28,198 bases of DNA from Histomonas meleagridis 2922-C6/04-290x (GCA_020184695.1 JAANOX010000053.1:1-28198); one strand, 5' to 3'. Counted from the stretch's first letter, positions 18,328 to 28,198 are shown. The notes: generated by a model not told the origin, from the sequence alone. Program-made: numbers and translations.

Positions 18328-20865
18328 CTATGAGTTATTCCACTTATTTCTTGTTTTCATCGCCTTTTCTCTTAGGTTGGTACATTTCAATGCCAAATGT
18401 AAATAATTTCTGAAAGGTTGCTTATGGATTAAAACGTTCATATTGCAGAAAACAGTAAAGCTATCTATCAATTCACTAACGTAATCCAAAAAAGAACGAA
18501 GAATATTTTCATTGACTAACTTATATTTATCTCCAATATTAATCAATTCTATAAAACTCATCTGATACCTCTCAATGAACGGAGAAGGCTTGTAGTTACC
18601 GTACTCCTCTTGTTGCATTTCGTAACGATACATGAAACAAATATTTTTAAATGAGTTCATTATTCCTTGGAAAATCGTTAACGTGCTCTCTTTATCGGCC
18701 TTTTCAAAAAATTGAATCATTTTCATAACAGTTATCAAAGTTTCAATTAATTGGCATCTGACGCTTTCAAGCATTGGGCCAATGTTAGGAACAGAAAGAA
18801 CCTCAGATATAGCATAAATTACATGACTAAGAACACTTGCATTGTTTGTGTCTGTAATGATCCGGTAGAGGGTATCAAGAAATGGAATAACGAAATTACC
18901 CATTTCAGTTTTGAGATATCGGAAGAAATCCATAAGCGGAAAGCATGCACTGATGACAACTGTAGGATTGTGTGATTCAAGAGCCTCTTTGATAATTGGC
19001 AAAAGTGCACTTGAATATTCGATTGAACTTGATCGAACGCTCTCAAAAATACTAGAGATTGTATAAAATGTATCATCAATGTTTTTGCTATCAACGTGAC
19101 ATGATTGTATTAACAAAGGCATTACTTGTTTGCAAAATTCAAAAGCTGATTCTTGATCAAGAACTTTTGAAATACCACAGAATATTTTGTTTAAACAAAA
19201 TCTTGTAATTGATCCTTGAGGTTCAGTTTGGAAAGATGCACCAAATTGTTGAATATAACTTAAAGCAAGATTAGAAATTACGCCCAAATTTGACCTTGGT
19301 TGTACTTGAATTAGGTTTGAAATTGTCTTGAACAGCTTATCTGCCACCATTTGATCGGACATAACATCTCTTCTTTGAACTGCTGTATTCAACATTTTCA
19401 TTATGTTTTCAAATTGGACGCCAATAGCTGATTCTTGATCTTCTGGGCTAAACACGTTTAGCAACATGTCTAAAAGAGATAATGATAATTGGAAAAGTTC
19501 TATATTTGGGCTTACGATTCCATTTCCGATAGATGTCAAAACCGCGCTCATCAATTCAATGTTTTCAAATTGTTGACTGTAAAAGTCCACTATTGTAATC
19601 AAAAGTGCATACGCACCCGCCTGTAAACCGTAATTGTCGGTGGCCGTTAAGCTTAAAATCGATGGCATAGTTTGTGAAATGAATGCTAATGTTGGTTCCG
19701 ATTCAATCTTAACCAAAACTTGCGCTGCGCAAATAGCAGCAAATTTGTTTTCAATTGAAGCATTCGCCGAATTTTGAACATTAAAATAAAACTCTTGTGT
19801 ATGAGTAAAAACAATTTCAGGAGCAACTTTAGCAAAGCTATTTAAACAATCATAAGCCGCTCTAGATTCAAACCACTGTGTTTGGTCAAGAAATGATTCG
19901 ATATTAGCGGTTGAAAGTTTTTCTATTAAAATTGGATCAATTGTACTTGCAACTTTTGCTGTTATTCCTAAAAAACTCCCCTCGCCTTTAGCAGTAAGTT
20001 CAAAGTCAGCAAATTTTTTCCATAAAGAAATAACATGTAAAACACGTTGTAAATTTGGAGATCGAATATCGTTAATTGTGTTTTGGAAAATGATCTCATA
20101 TAAAGGAACTTCAAGAGTGCCATATGTATAAATCATATAGTAGCTAAGGGAACGAAGTAAAGCTTGATGAAGATCATTATCATCAATTGGTACATTGGCT
20201 AAGATGATTTGAAATGTTTGTTGTGAGATCTCTTTGTTGCTTAATACGTTTGGAAATCTTTTAATGGCATAGCAAAGTGTTTTGGATGCTTTCGTTTTAA
20301 ATAAGGGTGGATAGTCTTGGGAAAGGAATTTAAGACATACGCCAAATATATTTATATCGTTTTTGCGTTTGATTCTTGTGGCCTTGAAATCTTTGCTTTG
20401 AATAAAATTACATATAGCTTCAACTGCACCAATACCACCAAAATTCCCATATTTGTCTGAGCTAGCTATTTCAAATAGATGGCTGAGTAATTCATATAGA
20501 TACTTTTGGGATGTTGAAGCATCATTTAAATGATAAATTAACATAATTTTAAAAATACAATATGCGCCTCCAGAACGAATCCCTTCATCTGCATACATTA
20601 AAGCTCGGAGACATGCTTGCTTAAGGAATGTTTTATCTTCATCATTTAATGAAATGAAAATTTGTGAATTTTGGCCCAAAATTCTTCCCATCACAGTAAC
20701 AGAGTTTTTGACCAATGTCTCTGGTGGGTCTTCTTGTAAAATGATTCGAGAAGTGATTTGGAGAAATAAAATCGGATTTTCTTGTACTGCATTGCTTATA
20801 AGTAAAGCAGCTTCTTGCTTGCTACCCATTTGATCCAAAGCAGCAAGAATTATATTTTCATTCAT
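18328..20865 (-). CDS. Importin-beta-1-like HEAT-repeat karyopherin (divergent)
   Basis: 845 aa, all-helical. Segments resemble importin-beta: N-terminal QENPILFLQITSRII, LKQACLRAL, ISLWKKFADFE (cf. IEFWSTICDEE), AAYDCLNSFAKV and KFAAICAAQVL. Confidence 0.7.
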   Translation of the reverse strand: MNENIILAALDQMGSKQEAALLISNAVQENPILFLQITSRIILQEDPPETLVKNSVTVMGRILGQNSQIFISLNDEDKTFLKQACLRALMYADEGIRSGGAYCIFKIMLIYHLNDASTSQKYLYELLSHLFEIASSDKYGNFGGIGAVEAICNFIQSKDFKATRIKRKNDINIFGVCLKFLSQDYPPLFKTKASKTLCYAIKRFPNVLSNKEISQQTFQIILANVPIDDNDLHQALLRSLSYYMIYTYGTLEVPLYEIIFQNTINDIRSPNLQRVLHVISLWKKFADFELTAKGEGSFLGITAKVASTIDPILIEKLSTANIESFLDQTQWFESRAAYDCLNSFAKVAPEIVFTHTQEFYFNVQNSANASIENKFAAICAAQVLVKIESEPTLAFISQTMPSILSLTATDNYGLQAGAYALLITIVDFYSQQFENIELMSAVLTSIGNGIVSPNIELFQLSLSLLDMLLNVFSPEDQESAIGVQFENIMKMLNTAVQRRDVMSDQMVADKLFKTISNLIQVQPRSNLGVISNLALSYIQQFGASFQTEPQGSITRFCLNKIFCGISKVLDQESAFEFCKQVMPLLIQSCHVDSKNIDDTFYTISSIFESVRSSSIEYSSALLPIIKEALESHNPTVVISACFPLMDFFRYLKTEMGNFVIPFLDTLYRIITDTNNASVLSHVIYAISEVLSVPNIGPMLESVRCQLIETLITVMKMIQFFEKADKESTLTIFQGIMNSFKNICFMYRYEMQQEEYGNYKPSPFIERYQMSFIELINIGDKYKLVNENILRSFLDYVSELIDSFTVFCNMNVLIHKQPFRNYLHLALKCTNLREKAMKTRNKWNNS

Positions 20866-20947
20866 TTGGAATGCTTTTTTACGAGTCTCTTTGTGAATAG
20901 AAACTTCGGTTTAATCGTTTATTTTCGCCAGACAAAAACCGCCAAAA

Positions 20948-21700
20948 ATGTCATTTTTCACTTGTGATATGAAATGGAGTGAACAACATCATTCATCTAT
21001 CTCAGAATCACTTGAAATTTTAATTGATTTTCAGCGAAATGATATTTTTTATTATATATATGAAAATAAAATTTTCGGCTTAATAAGTAAATGTATTTCT
21101 TCTTGTAATATGAATTGTTATTATCTTTGATTAAAAATAGAGGAATGAGAGTTAATGAATCATTAGTGATTAGTAATTTAATTTTAGTTAAATGTTTCCA
21201 TGTTAATAAGTTCAGAAAAGATATTAAATCCAACTTAATATAAAATTTTGAATTTATTAAATTAATTCTTGAAGATGAATATTTACACTCTTGATAAAAA
21301 AATTTAAATCTTTAAAAATTCCAAATAATATTTGAAACATTATTATGATATCATCTTTTTATAATCATTCTGAAGCACTTAAATTACTTCTTGAACAAAA
21401 AGGAATTGATATTAATTCTAAAGATATTTTTTTTTTTCATAACATAATATTTCAAAATAATATTTGGACTTTGTTCAAAATATTCAAAACAGCATCTTTG
21501 AAAGGTTACATAGAAAATGTTAAATCACTTCTTGAACAAGAAGAGATTGACATCAGTGCCAAAAATATTATCTTGTTTTATTTAATATTTATTTCAAATT
21601 TTTTTTTCTGATTAAAAAATAATATTTCAAAATTGCTTAAATTGATTCAAACAGCACTTCTTCAGGTAATATAGATATTGTTAATCTATTTTTTCCATTA
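20948..21700 (+). pseudogene. Decayed ankyrin-repeat gene (trichomonad DUF3447/ankyrin type)
   Basis: Ankyrin pieces YNHSEALKLLLEQKGIDINSKD, KTASLKGYIENVKSLLEQEEIDISAKN and SGNIDIVNL; upstream FYYIYENK..LISKCISSCNMNC; several stops and frameshifts. Confidence 0.7.
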
Positions 21701-22008
21701 AGTGTTTTCTTCTTTGTTTTATATTAAGATCCAAATGAATAATACTTAAAAAGCATGCACGGAAATTATTAAATACCTAATATATAATACTTAAAAACCC
21801 CAGTAAATAAAAAATTTAACAAAAATCAAAACAATGTAGAGTACAACAATGGTAATTTCAGAATATTTATTATTTAATGCATAGTAAAAATCGATACAAA
21901 CATTAATCGTCAGTTCCTTTTGAAACTCAGTGATTGCTCAACAAGTTTCTAATTCATTAAATATAAAAAGTCCAAACAACGAGCAAACTTTATTAATAAA
22001 CATCTATA

Positions 22009-22605
22009 TTACAAATTATCTTCATCTTCCTCTTCTCCTGTTAACCCAGGAAAGCCATCGCTTTTGTTTTGAATGCGATTCCAAAACTTGCACGATGCTG
22101 AATTTGGAAATGCTTTCTGGAGAGAATAAGAGTTTTCACCACATTTAAACAATTCTCGAAATGCGTGGGCAGCAGTGTCATTTGGGAATGTATCTGATTT
22201 AAATTCGTAGATAAATAAACTTTGGATGCTCCTATCATATAAAAAGAAACATTGATGAAGTTTTTCCAATATTTCATGCATACTGGTCCTGCTAGTTATC
22301 CTTTGGTTATAGTCTGCTGGATATGGAAAACAAAAAAGCGAATAATCTAATTCTGGAAAAATAAATGGATGAACAATACGAGATTTAAACCTGATAAATG
22401 GTGGCTCATCCAATGTAGCTTCGCGAATAGCTATACAAAAACTAAACATTGTACCTGGGATTTGAGTATTTGGTGTTCCAAATAAACAACCATCAAAAAC
22501 CCCTAACTCGCTAGATGTAGACAATACCCATTTAGAACTTACTTCTTGGCAACATTTCCCTGCATTTCTTACGATTCGAAGAAATTCATTTTTTCTTTGC
22601 GCCAT
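22009..22605 (-). CDS. UBC-fold protein, probably a ubiquitin E2 variant (UEV/AKTIP-like)
   Basis: FDGCLFGTPNTQIPGTMFSFCI..PPFIRFKSRIVHPFI..ILEKL..PNDTAA follows the E2 pattern, but HPN is replaced by HPF; acidic C-terminus. Confidence 0.7.
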   Translation of the reverse strand: MAQRKNEFLRIVRNAGKCCQEVSSKWVLSTSSELGVFDGCLFGTPNTQIPGTMFSFCIAIREATLDEPPFIRFKSRIVHPFIFPELDYSLFCFPYPADYNQRITSRTSMHEILEKLHQCFFLYDRSIQSLFIYEFKSDTFPNDTAAHAFRELFKCGENSYSLQKAFPNSASCKFWNRIQNKSDGFPGLTGEEEDEDNL

Positions 22606-22964
22606 GAAAAAATCTTTTTATTAGTTTGGATTTGATAATACAAAAGTGACAATATATCACGATGCAAATTTGGGGTACCCCGTGCATTGAAAGTACTTTT
22701 TCAATGTCACAAAAGTGACACTATCAGCTAAGATTGATGAATGAAAATAAGATAATTCACAAAAAAAAATGCGCTTAACATTTTTTTGTGACTTCCTATA
22801 AGCATAAATACTAGAAGAATAAAAATTAAACTAATCTATGATGGAGAACAAATCCTTCCTTATCAGTTAAACGGTTTAACCGCTATTTCTGAGGGATTTT
22901 ACAGGCGCTTTTGACTTGTTTTATTAAACTTTTTGAAAAAAAATTCTTTTAATCATCACATACA

Positions 22965-23366
22965 ATGCAGCTCCACATACGAGTTGTTGAAGCAGCCCAA
23001 GTTCCAAATATGGACATCGTTGGTAAGAGTGATCCATATTGCGTTCTCACATTGTCAACAAGCAACCAAAAATGGCAAACAACTGTAAAAGATAATACCG
23101 TAATGCCAATTTGGAACGAAATTTTCACACTTCCTATTTCTTCTTCAATGAGCGATGTGTTGAACGTAAAGATGTATGATAAAGATAATGTTTCAAGTGA
23201 TGATCTCATTTCAACCATCGATATTCCTGTTTCTGGATTAACTCCCGGAAAAGTCCTTGATAAATGGTACAAAATGAACCCTGCTTCAGGCAACAAGACT
23301 GGAGGCCAACTTCGTTTAGTTCTCCATCTTGATCGCATTGGATTCCCAGAATTCGTCGAGCATTGA
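22965..23366 (+). CDS. Stand-alone C2-domain protein (likely Ca2+-binding)
   Basis: LHIRVVEAAQVPNMDIVGKSDPYCVL..QT.VKDN...PIWNE.F..L.V.MYDKD..S.DDLI; the Ca2+-ligand aspartates appear to be retained. Confidence 0.92.
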   Translation: MQLHIRVVEAAQVPNMDIVGKSDPYCVLTLSTSNQKWQTTVKDNTVMPIWNEIFTLPISSSMSDVLNVKMYDKDNVSSDDLISTIDIPVSGLTPGKVLDKWYKMNPASGNKTGGQLRLVLHLDRIGFPEFVEH

Positions 23367-23911
23367 TTAAACTCGTTAACAGTCTTATATGAAGTTCTTT
23401 TTGTTAACTATGTTTTCTTTTTGGAACTTATGAGCAATTCATTTAATTGAAATCAAAAAAAAAAAAGCAAATCAACTTTAATGATTAACTTTTTCGCTTC
23501 CATTCGTTATTTTGTTGAAGTTTGTTTGTGGAAAAAAAAATATTTTAAAATTGATTATTTTGCTTATAATTTCGACTTTAAATGGAGAAGGTGTACACCT
23601 TAAATAATTTTATCCAGTTCTCAATTAAATAAGAAAAGGCAAAATTATCAATTTTATGAAAATAATTATGACTAGATTAAAAAAATTATTAGAAGCAAGG
23701 TTAAAAACAATAAAAGGGTGCTTTAAAGTAAGTGTAGGTTAAAAAATTTTTGGTGTTCATACGGCGGTAAAGGCTTTACCCGTTGATTGTGCTGGCCCTC
23801 AAAAACTTCAACAACGATGACAAAAGTGCAGTTTATTTCTCACAAAACTTGGTTAAAAAATCGCTTTTTGATTAGATTGACTGGAAAAATGCGGTTGAAT
23901 ATTTTTAGTAT

Positions 23912-23918
23912 TCATTTT
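23912..23918 (+). promoter_or_regulatory. Inr-like TCATTTT just upstream of the Rac ATG, with an M3-like TGCGGTTG at 23890-23897
   Basis: The motifs match trichomonad core-promoter consensuses and lie in the expected order and spacing upstream of ATG 23920. Confidence 0.55.
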
Positions 23919-23919
23919 C

Positions 23920-24519
23920 ATGAAGCATATAAAGTGTGTTGTTGTTGGTGATGGAGCCGTAGGTAAGACCTGCCTCCTTATTTCTTACACTACCAATGCT
24001 TTCCCAGGTGAATATATCCCAACAGTTTTCGATAACTACAGTGCTAATGTTATGGTCGAAGATCAAGCTATTAACCTTCAATTGTGGGATACAGCCGGTC
24101 AGGAAGATTACAAGAAGCTTCGTCCACTTTCATACCCACAAACAGACGTTTTCATCCTTTGTTTCTCTCTTGTTTCCCCAACATCTCTTGAAAACGTTCA
24201 AAACATGTGGGTTCCAGAAGTTAAAGAACACTGCCCAACTACGCCTTACATCTTAGTTGGTATGAAATGCGATCTTAGAGATGAATTTGAAGAACATGCA
24301 GAAGAACTTAAATCCAAAGGAATGGAACCAATCTCTACTTCAACAGGAGAAGAAATGAAAGCCAAGATTGGTGCATATGATTATGTCGAATGTTCTGCCT
24401 TGAAGCAATACCATCTTAAAGAGGTATTTGAATCAGCAATCAAAATTGTTCTTCATCCACCAACTGTTAACACAGCCTCAACTAAACAGCAAAAGGATGG
24501 ATGCTGCGAAATGATTTAA
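23920..24519 (+). CDS. RAC: Rac/Rho-family small GTPase
   Basis: [59 protein letters not shown], Rho insert, ECSAL, C-terminal CCEMI. Confidence 0.97.
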   Translation: MKHIKCVVVGDGAVGKTCLLISYTTNAFPGEYIPTVFDNYSANVMVEDQAINLQLWDTAGQEDYKKLRPLSYPQTDVFILCFSLVSPTSLENVQNMWVPEVKEHCPTTPYILVGMKCDLRDEFEEHAEELKSKGMEPISTSTGEEMKAKIGAYDYVECSALKQYHLKEVFESAIKIVLHPPTVNTASTKQQKDGCCEMI

Positions 24520-24759
24520 AAATTTCAGCTGATTAATTCTCACTCTTTTTATTTGTTTCTCTCAAAAATGTTTTCTTTAATGATTTTTAATGTGTTTCTT
24601 CTCGTTTATTTATCTTATTTGGATTCAGAAGATACAAATTGCAGCCATTGAATTGTGGAGTTAATTCAGAATATGTTGAATCAAACCGGAAAAATAGATT
24701 GAAAAAATTTGTAGCGATAGTTGCCACATTTTCATTTGTATCAATTTTTAAAAAATTTC

Positions 24760-26420
24760 AAATAAAGTAATTGACATTTTTATAATCACTCAAAATATTT
24801 CCGAAATTTGAGCGAATTTTTAGACGATAGAAAAATGAAACATGGTTTTTCTTCTCAACTAGCTGAAAAGTTTGCAAAAAGATTTTATGAATTCCCTTCT
24901 GGTTCAATGCCATCAGATGATGCCCTCTCTCTTTATGAAAGCCATGCAGAATCAATCGAAAGGATAATTGAATCAATCATTATTGTTGGTTCACATCCAT
25001 GGGAAGATGACCGTACTCCAAAGCTTCTTTATTGTTCCAGTAGTAATCCCACAAACGATGATGACTGTTAGCTGATTTTCGTTTTCCGAATGGGAAAACT
25101 GAAATACATAAGAAAGTTTTTTCAAGACCAGACCTCGTTCTTTCTCATATTTTCCAAGACCCCAACAAAATCAAGTTTGATTTTTTTACATTTTATTTTC
25201 CCAGCAATGATTCGGCTCCATATGCATTTTGTTCAGGTTACAGAAGCTTCTACATTTTCACGTTTTCCAACTTTTGCTCATAATCTCACTAAATAACAAG
25301 TATTTGATTCCTTCAAAAATAATACATTATATACTACCAAAATCTTCATATGTATCCGAACCAAATTTCCTTTCGATGAACTATTCCAAATGTTTGCAAA
25401 GTGGATTCTCCAAAGTGAACACATTGGCAGGATGAACATTTATCAAGAATCCAACATCAAATTCAACAGTAACTGCAAACGGTCTCCAATCAAACGGTTC
25501 TCTAATGGCGAAACCAGTTTCCTCTTTCAGGATTGGCCTCAATCACAGCGTAGAAAGATCACTGTTGTTTTTGGGCGCATCCTCAACATAATCCCCGACC
25601 AGTACCTGGTCGAGATGTTTCTTTTGACATTGAACCATTTCCACTATTTACTTGGCAACGACCATCGCTTAATGGTGGATCTTATTTACCACTTGCATGG
25701 AACTCATTATCTATGGCTATACAAACTTATTTCACCTGATTTATTTTCTGAAAAATAGTTTAAAGCTGTATGTCTTGACAGAACGATTCTAGTCTATCAT
25801 GATGACATGGCAAACGTCACCAACTTTCTTCTCGCGCTCATTTTTGCTTAAAACCCATGCGTGTTGGGTTTCCGGATTCTATATCCACATTGCTCTGACA
25901 CTCCAAAGATATGCTTGATTCGCCATCACCACTAATGATTGGTATGGTTGAGCCATTGCATGAAGTATATTCCGGCCATGTTTATGTTGGATCTTAAGAA
26001 ACGGAATATTACATCCGCTGTCGCAAAGATCAAGAAAAATGAAATCCTATTGATGAGGTTACTCCTTTTTAAAAGAATTGGAAACCTGAGAACGTGAGGT
26101 GAGATTTTGAATAGACTGAATGATATAAATGCAAACGATTATTAATAATGTGGAAAAATCGATTTGTTTCGAACTTGTCTCAGCGCAAGTTACATCGAAT
26201 TTTGTGGAAGAACTTTTCTTGTGTTATTTCGATAGCGGATCTAAAGAGTTCTTGGAACAGAGATGTGCGTGTCGCAAATGTTTAAGATTTTAATGTGGAG
26301 CAACGTGTAAAATGAAAAGCGACATGAACAAATAGGCTTTGAATTGTTTGTGCGGGTCAATGATTTTAGTAAAAATCCATTAGATAAAAACTCTATATAT
26401 TTAATGAAACAATTAAAATG
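24760..26420 (+). pseudogene. DENN-domain (Rab GEF family) pseudogene with multiple frameshifts and stops
   Basis: Joining frames gives the uDENN-like IIIVGSHP..PKLLY..LADFRFPNG (25068-25094), then ICIRTKFPF..LF, the cDENN core AVCLDRTILVYHDDMANVTNFLLALIF (from 25765), LKPMR and DMLDSPSPLMIG (25908-25943), and dDENN-like DLKKRNI and KEFLEQ..SQMF. Boundaries are approximate. Confidence 0.8.
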
Positions 26421-26450
26421 TATTTTATAGTTTTTCTGCATCTTGCTTGT

Positions 26451-26680
26451 TTTTGCAAATAAATGAAAATTGTTTTACAAATAAATGAAAATTATTTTTA
26501 CAAATAAATGAAAATTATTTTACAAATAAATGAAAATTATTTTACAAATAAATGAAAATTGTGTTTACAAATAAATGAAAATTGTTTTACAAATAAATGA
26601 AAATTGTTTTTACAAATAAATGAAAATTATTTTTACAAATAAATGAAAATTGTTTTACAAATAAATGAAAATTGTTTTAC
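26451..26680. repeat. Minisatellite: 10 tandem copies of a 22-23-bp unit (ttttacaaataaatgaaaattR)
   Basis: The core caaataaatgaaaatt starts at 26456, 26478, 26501, 26523, 26545, 26568, 26590, 26613, 26636 and 26658; variation is confined to the linker. Confidence 0.97.
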
Positions 26681-26739
26681 TTCTATTTATGGTTGAAATA
26701 ATGTTAGTGAATATAATTATAAAACACATTTAAAAGGAT

Positions 26740-28198
26740 TATGACTTAAAAATATTAACATTACAGAAGAAGGACCAAAAGAAGAAGCATTTATAAACCC
26801 TCCTAATATTCGTGATAAAGAAATAGAAAAGTATTAATTATGAAATAGAAGATTGCAAGAAATAATAAGTCACTTACATCATGTTCATGGGCAAAATTTA
26901 TTAAGGATGTTATTGAAGTAGAAAACCCACATCTAAGTCAGATGGCTTTAAAGAAAGCTCACAACCTAAAGTTTCAAATAATATATTTGTTAAATTTTTT
27001 TCAGAGAACTGCCAATACTTAGAAATTCCAAATTTTCAAATCAACTCAAGAGAAAATTATCTTCCTGAAAGAAATTTAATATTTTTAAATGAAAGCATTG
27101 TAAAAAAATTTGATATAAATGATAAAATAATTTCACATGCTATTTCAAGTTATTTTTTATCTAAAAAAGATGTTTTAGTAAGACATCAAATGGAATCTAT
27201 TAAAGCACCACCACTAAAAGAATTACAATATGTTTTACTTCATACCAAAATATTCAAAACGCTACACCCTTTCATAACGCCAACTAAATTAGTGCTATAA
27301 TTCTTAGTGATAAATCATGGATTTCTGAGGAATGGACATTTTCCCAGAAAGTAATCTTAATTTTATCAGAAACAAAAAAATTCCTATAAATCTCAATCAA
27401 AAGCTTCATTTGAACTTCCGTAGATAAATAACTCTAGTAATTTAATTATAATTCTTCCACATATTCTTACAGCTAATGGAGCTGAAAGTCTTACTAAATA
27501 TTATTTAAATGGTAAGTCAGATCATGAAATAAAAGCATTTTCTTAATCATTGCCAAAAAATACTGATATTTTTACTCCTGCTGGACATTTATTGATCTTT
27601 GATTTAATCCTTAATGAGGTAATAACTTTTAATAATTTTTATGCAATTGATCAATACATTACAAGTCATAATGTAAAAACATTAATTGAAAACGTAAAAA
27701 AAGAAAAACTTAAACCTAAATTTAAGATTTCTCTCACTTTTAAAATAGAAACGCGTTATGTTCAACATAATTGAAGACTTAATATCTAAAAAATTATCGA
27801 ATTATTAATTTATTATCATTTCCATCAATGGAAATCGATGCCAATCTGTGCATTTTGCATACACAAAGTTCAGTTTTATTTACATTATGCTTCTTTAGAC
27901 CTCCTTTGAAATAAAATTAAAATATTTATGCACAAGTATCATTAAGAGATTCAAAACAGATCAACCATTAAATTTGTATTATTCACAAACTTTCTAGAAA
28001 AGACATATATGGAATTACAAAATGTCATTAGGATCAAAGAGGATTTGATGAAGTATTTGTTTAGTTTACCTTATATAATGGATAGTGATTTCTATTTCAT
28101 AGAATTTTATAAATTTCCTATAAAACATATTACAACTAAAGATCGTAAATTAATTGATGGTCATATATTCATTAACCAAAATGGAATACTTATCGAAA
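26740..28198 (+). pseudogene. Decayed coding-like region of unknown family, running off the window end
   Basis: Successive protein-like stretches in shifting + frames (KIARNNKSLTSCSWAKFIKDVIEVENP; NNIFVKFFSENCQYLEIP..ISHAISSYFL..; IILPHILTANGAESLTKYYLNG*..FTPAGHLLIFDLIL) are separated by stops and frameshifts. No family recognised. Confidence 0.45.

Noticed and set aside
2773-20000. Many short antisense or overlapping ORFs in the track (for example 2892-3221, 9011-9343, 14250-14702, 18751-18975)
   Set aside because: They are shadows of the long, motif-bearing ORFs on the opposite strand or in another frame, with no independent evidence.
23750-23800. GC-richer patch with the dyad GGTAAAG-g-CTTTACC upstream of Rac, considered as a small ncRNA or tRNA
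   Set aside because: No cloverleaf, box C/D, H/ACA or 5S/U-snRNA features could be recognised.
6881-26420. Apparent membrane-trafficking cluster (Rab, BEACH, UEV/AKTIP-like, C2, Rac, DENN)
   Set aside because: These families are greatly expanded in trichomonads, so co-occurrence within 20 kb is expected; nothing in the sequence links them functionally.
26451-26680. CRISPR-like array
   Set aside because: The units are contiguous with no unique spacers, the context is eukaryotic, and there are no cas genes.
24760-28198. Stop-codon reassignment or readthrough as an explanation for in-frame stops
   Set aside because: The stops are of all three types and come with frameshifts, while intact genes end at ordinary TAA/TGA; ordinary pseudogenisation fits better.

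Overview
AT-rich, gene-dense eukaryotic DNA with no recognisable introns, most consistent with a parabasalid protist (Trichomonas/Tritrichomonas-like). This taxon call is an inference from the gene families present (BTB+F5/8C, BEACH, R2R3-Myb, stand-alone C2, ankyrin, divergent Rab) and from Inr-like TCAYTT, M3-like RCGGTT and AAAGTGAC upstream motifs. Left end (1-2.8 kb): transposon debris, dominated by a 1294-bp non-autonomous DNA transposon (691-1984) with ~215-bp terminal inverted repeats and a perfect 8-bp target-site duplication (GGTTAAAC), next to transposase-like HTH remnants. Core (2.8-24.5 kb): an enolase fused to an N-terminal RIIa/Dpy-30-like docking domain, a pseudokinase+kinase tandem, a Rab with Q-to-D in switch II, a BTB/F5-8C protein whose ATG is out of frame, a 2015-aa BEACH protein with an extremely AT-rich middle, Myb, MZT1, RPL31, an importin-beta-like protein, an ankyrin pseudogene with regular AT-rich spacers, a UEV/E2-like protein, a C2 protein and Rac. 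Right end (24.7-28.2 kb): a multiply disrupted DENN-domain pseudogene missed by the ORF track, a 10-copy 22-23-bp minisatellite and an unidentified decayed coding region. No rRNA, tRNA or CRISPR array was recognised. All family assignments come from motif reading by eye; no searches were run.
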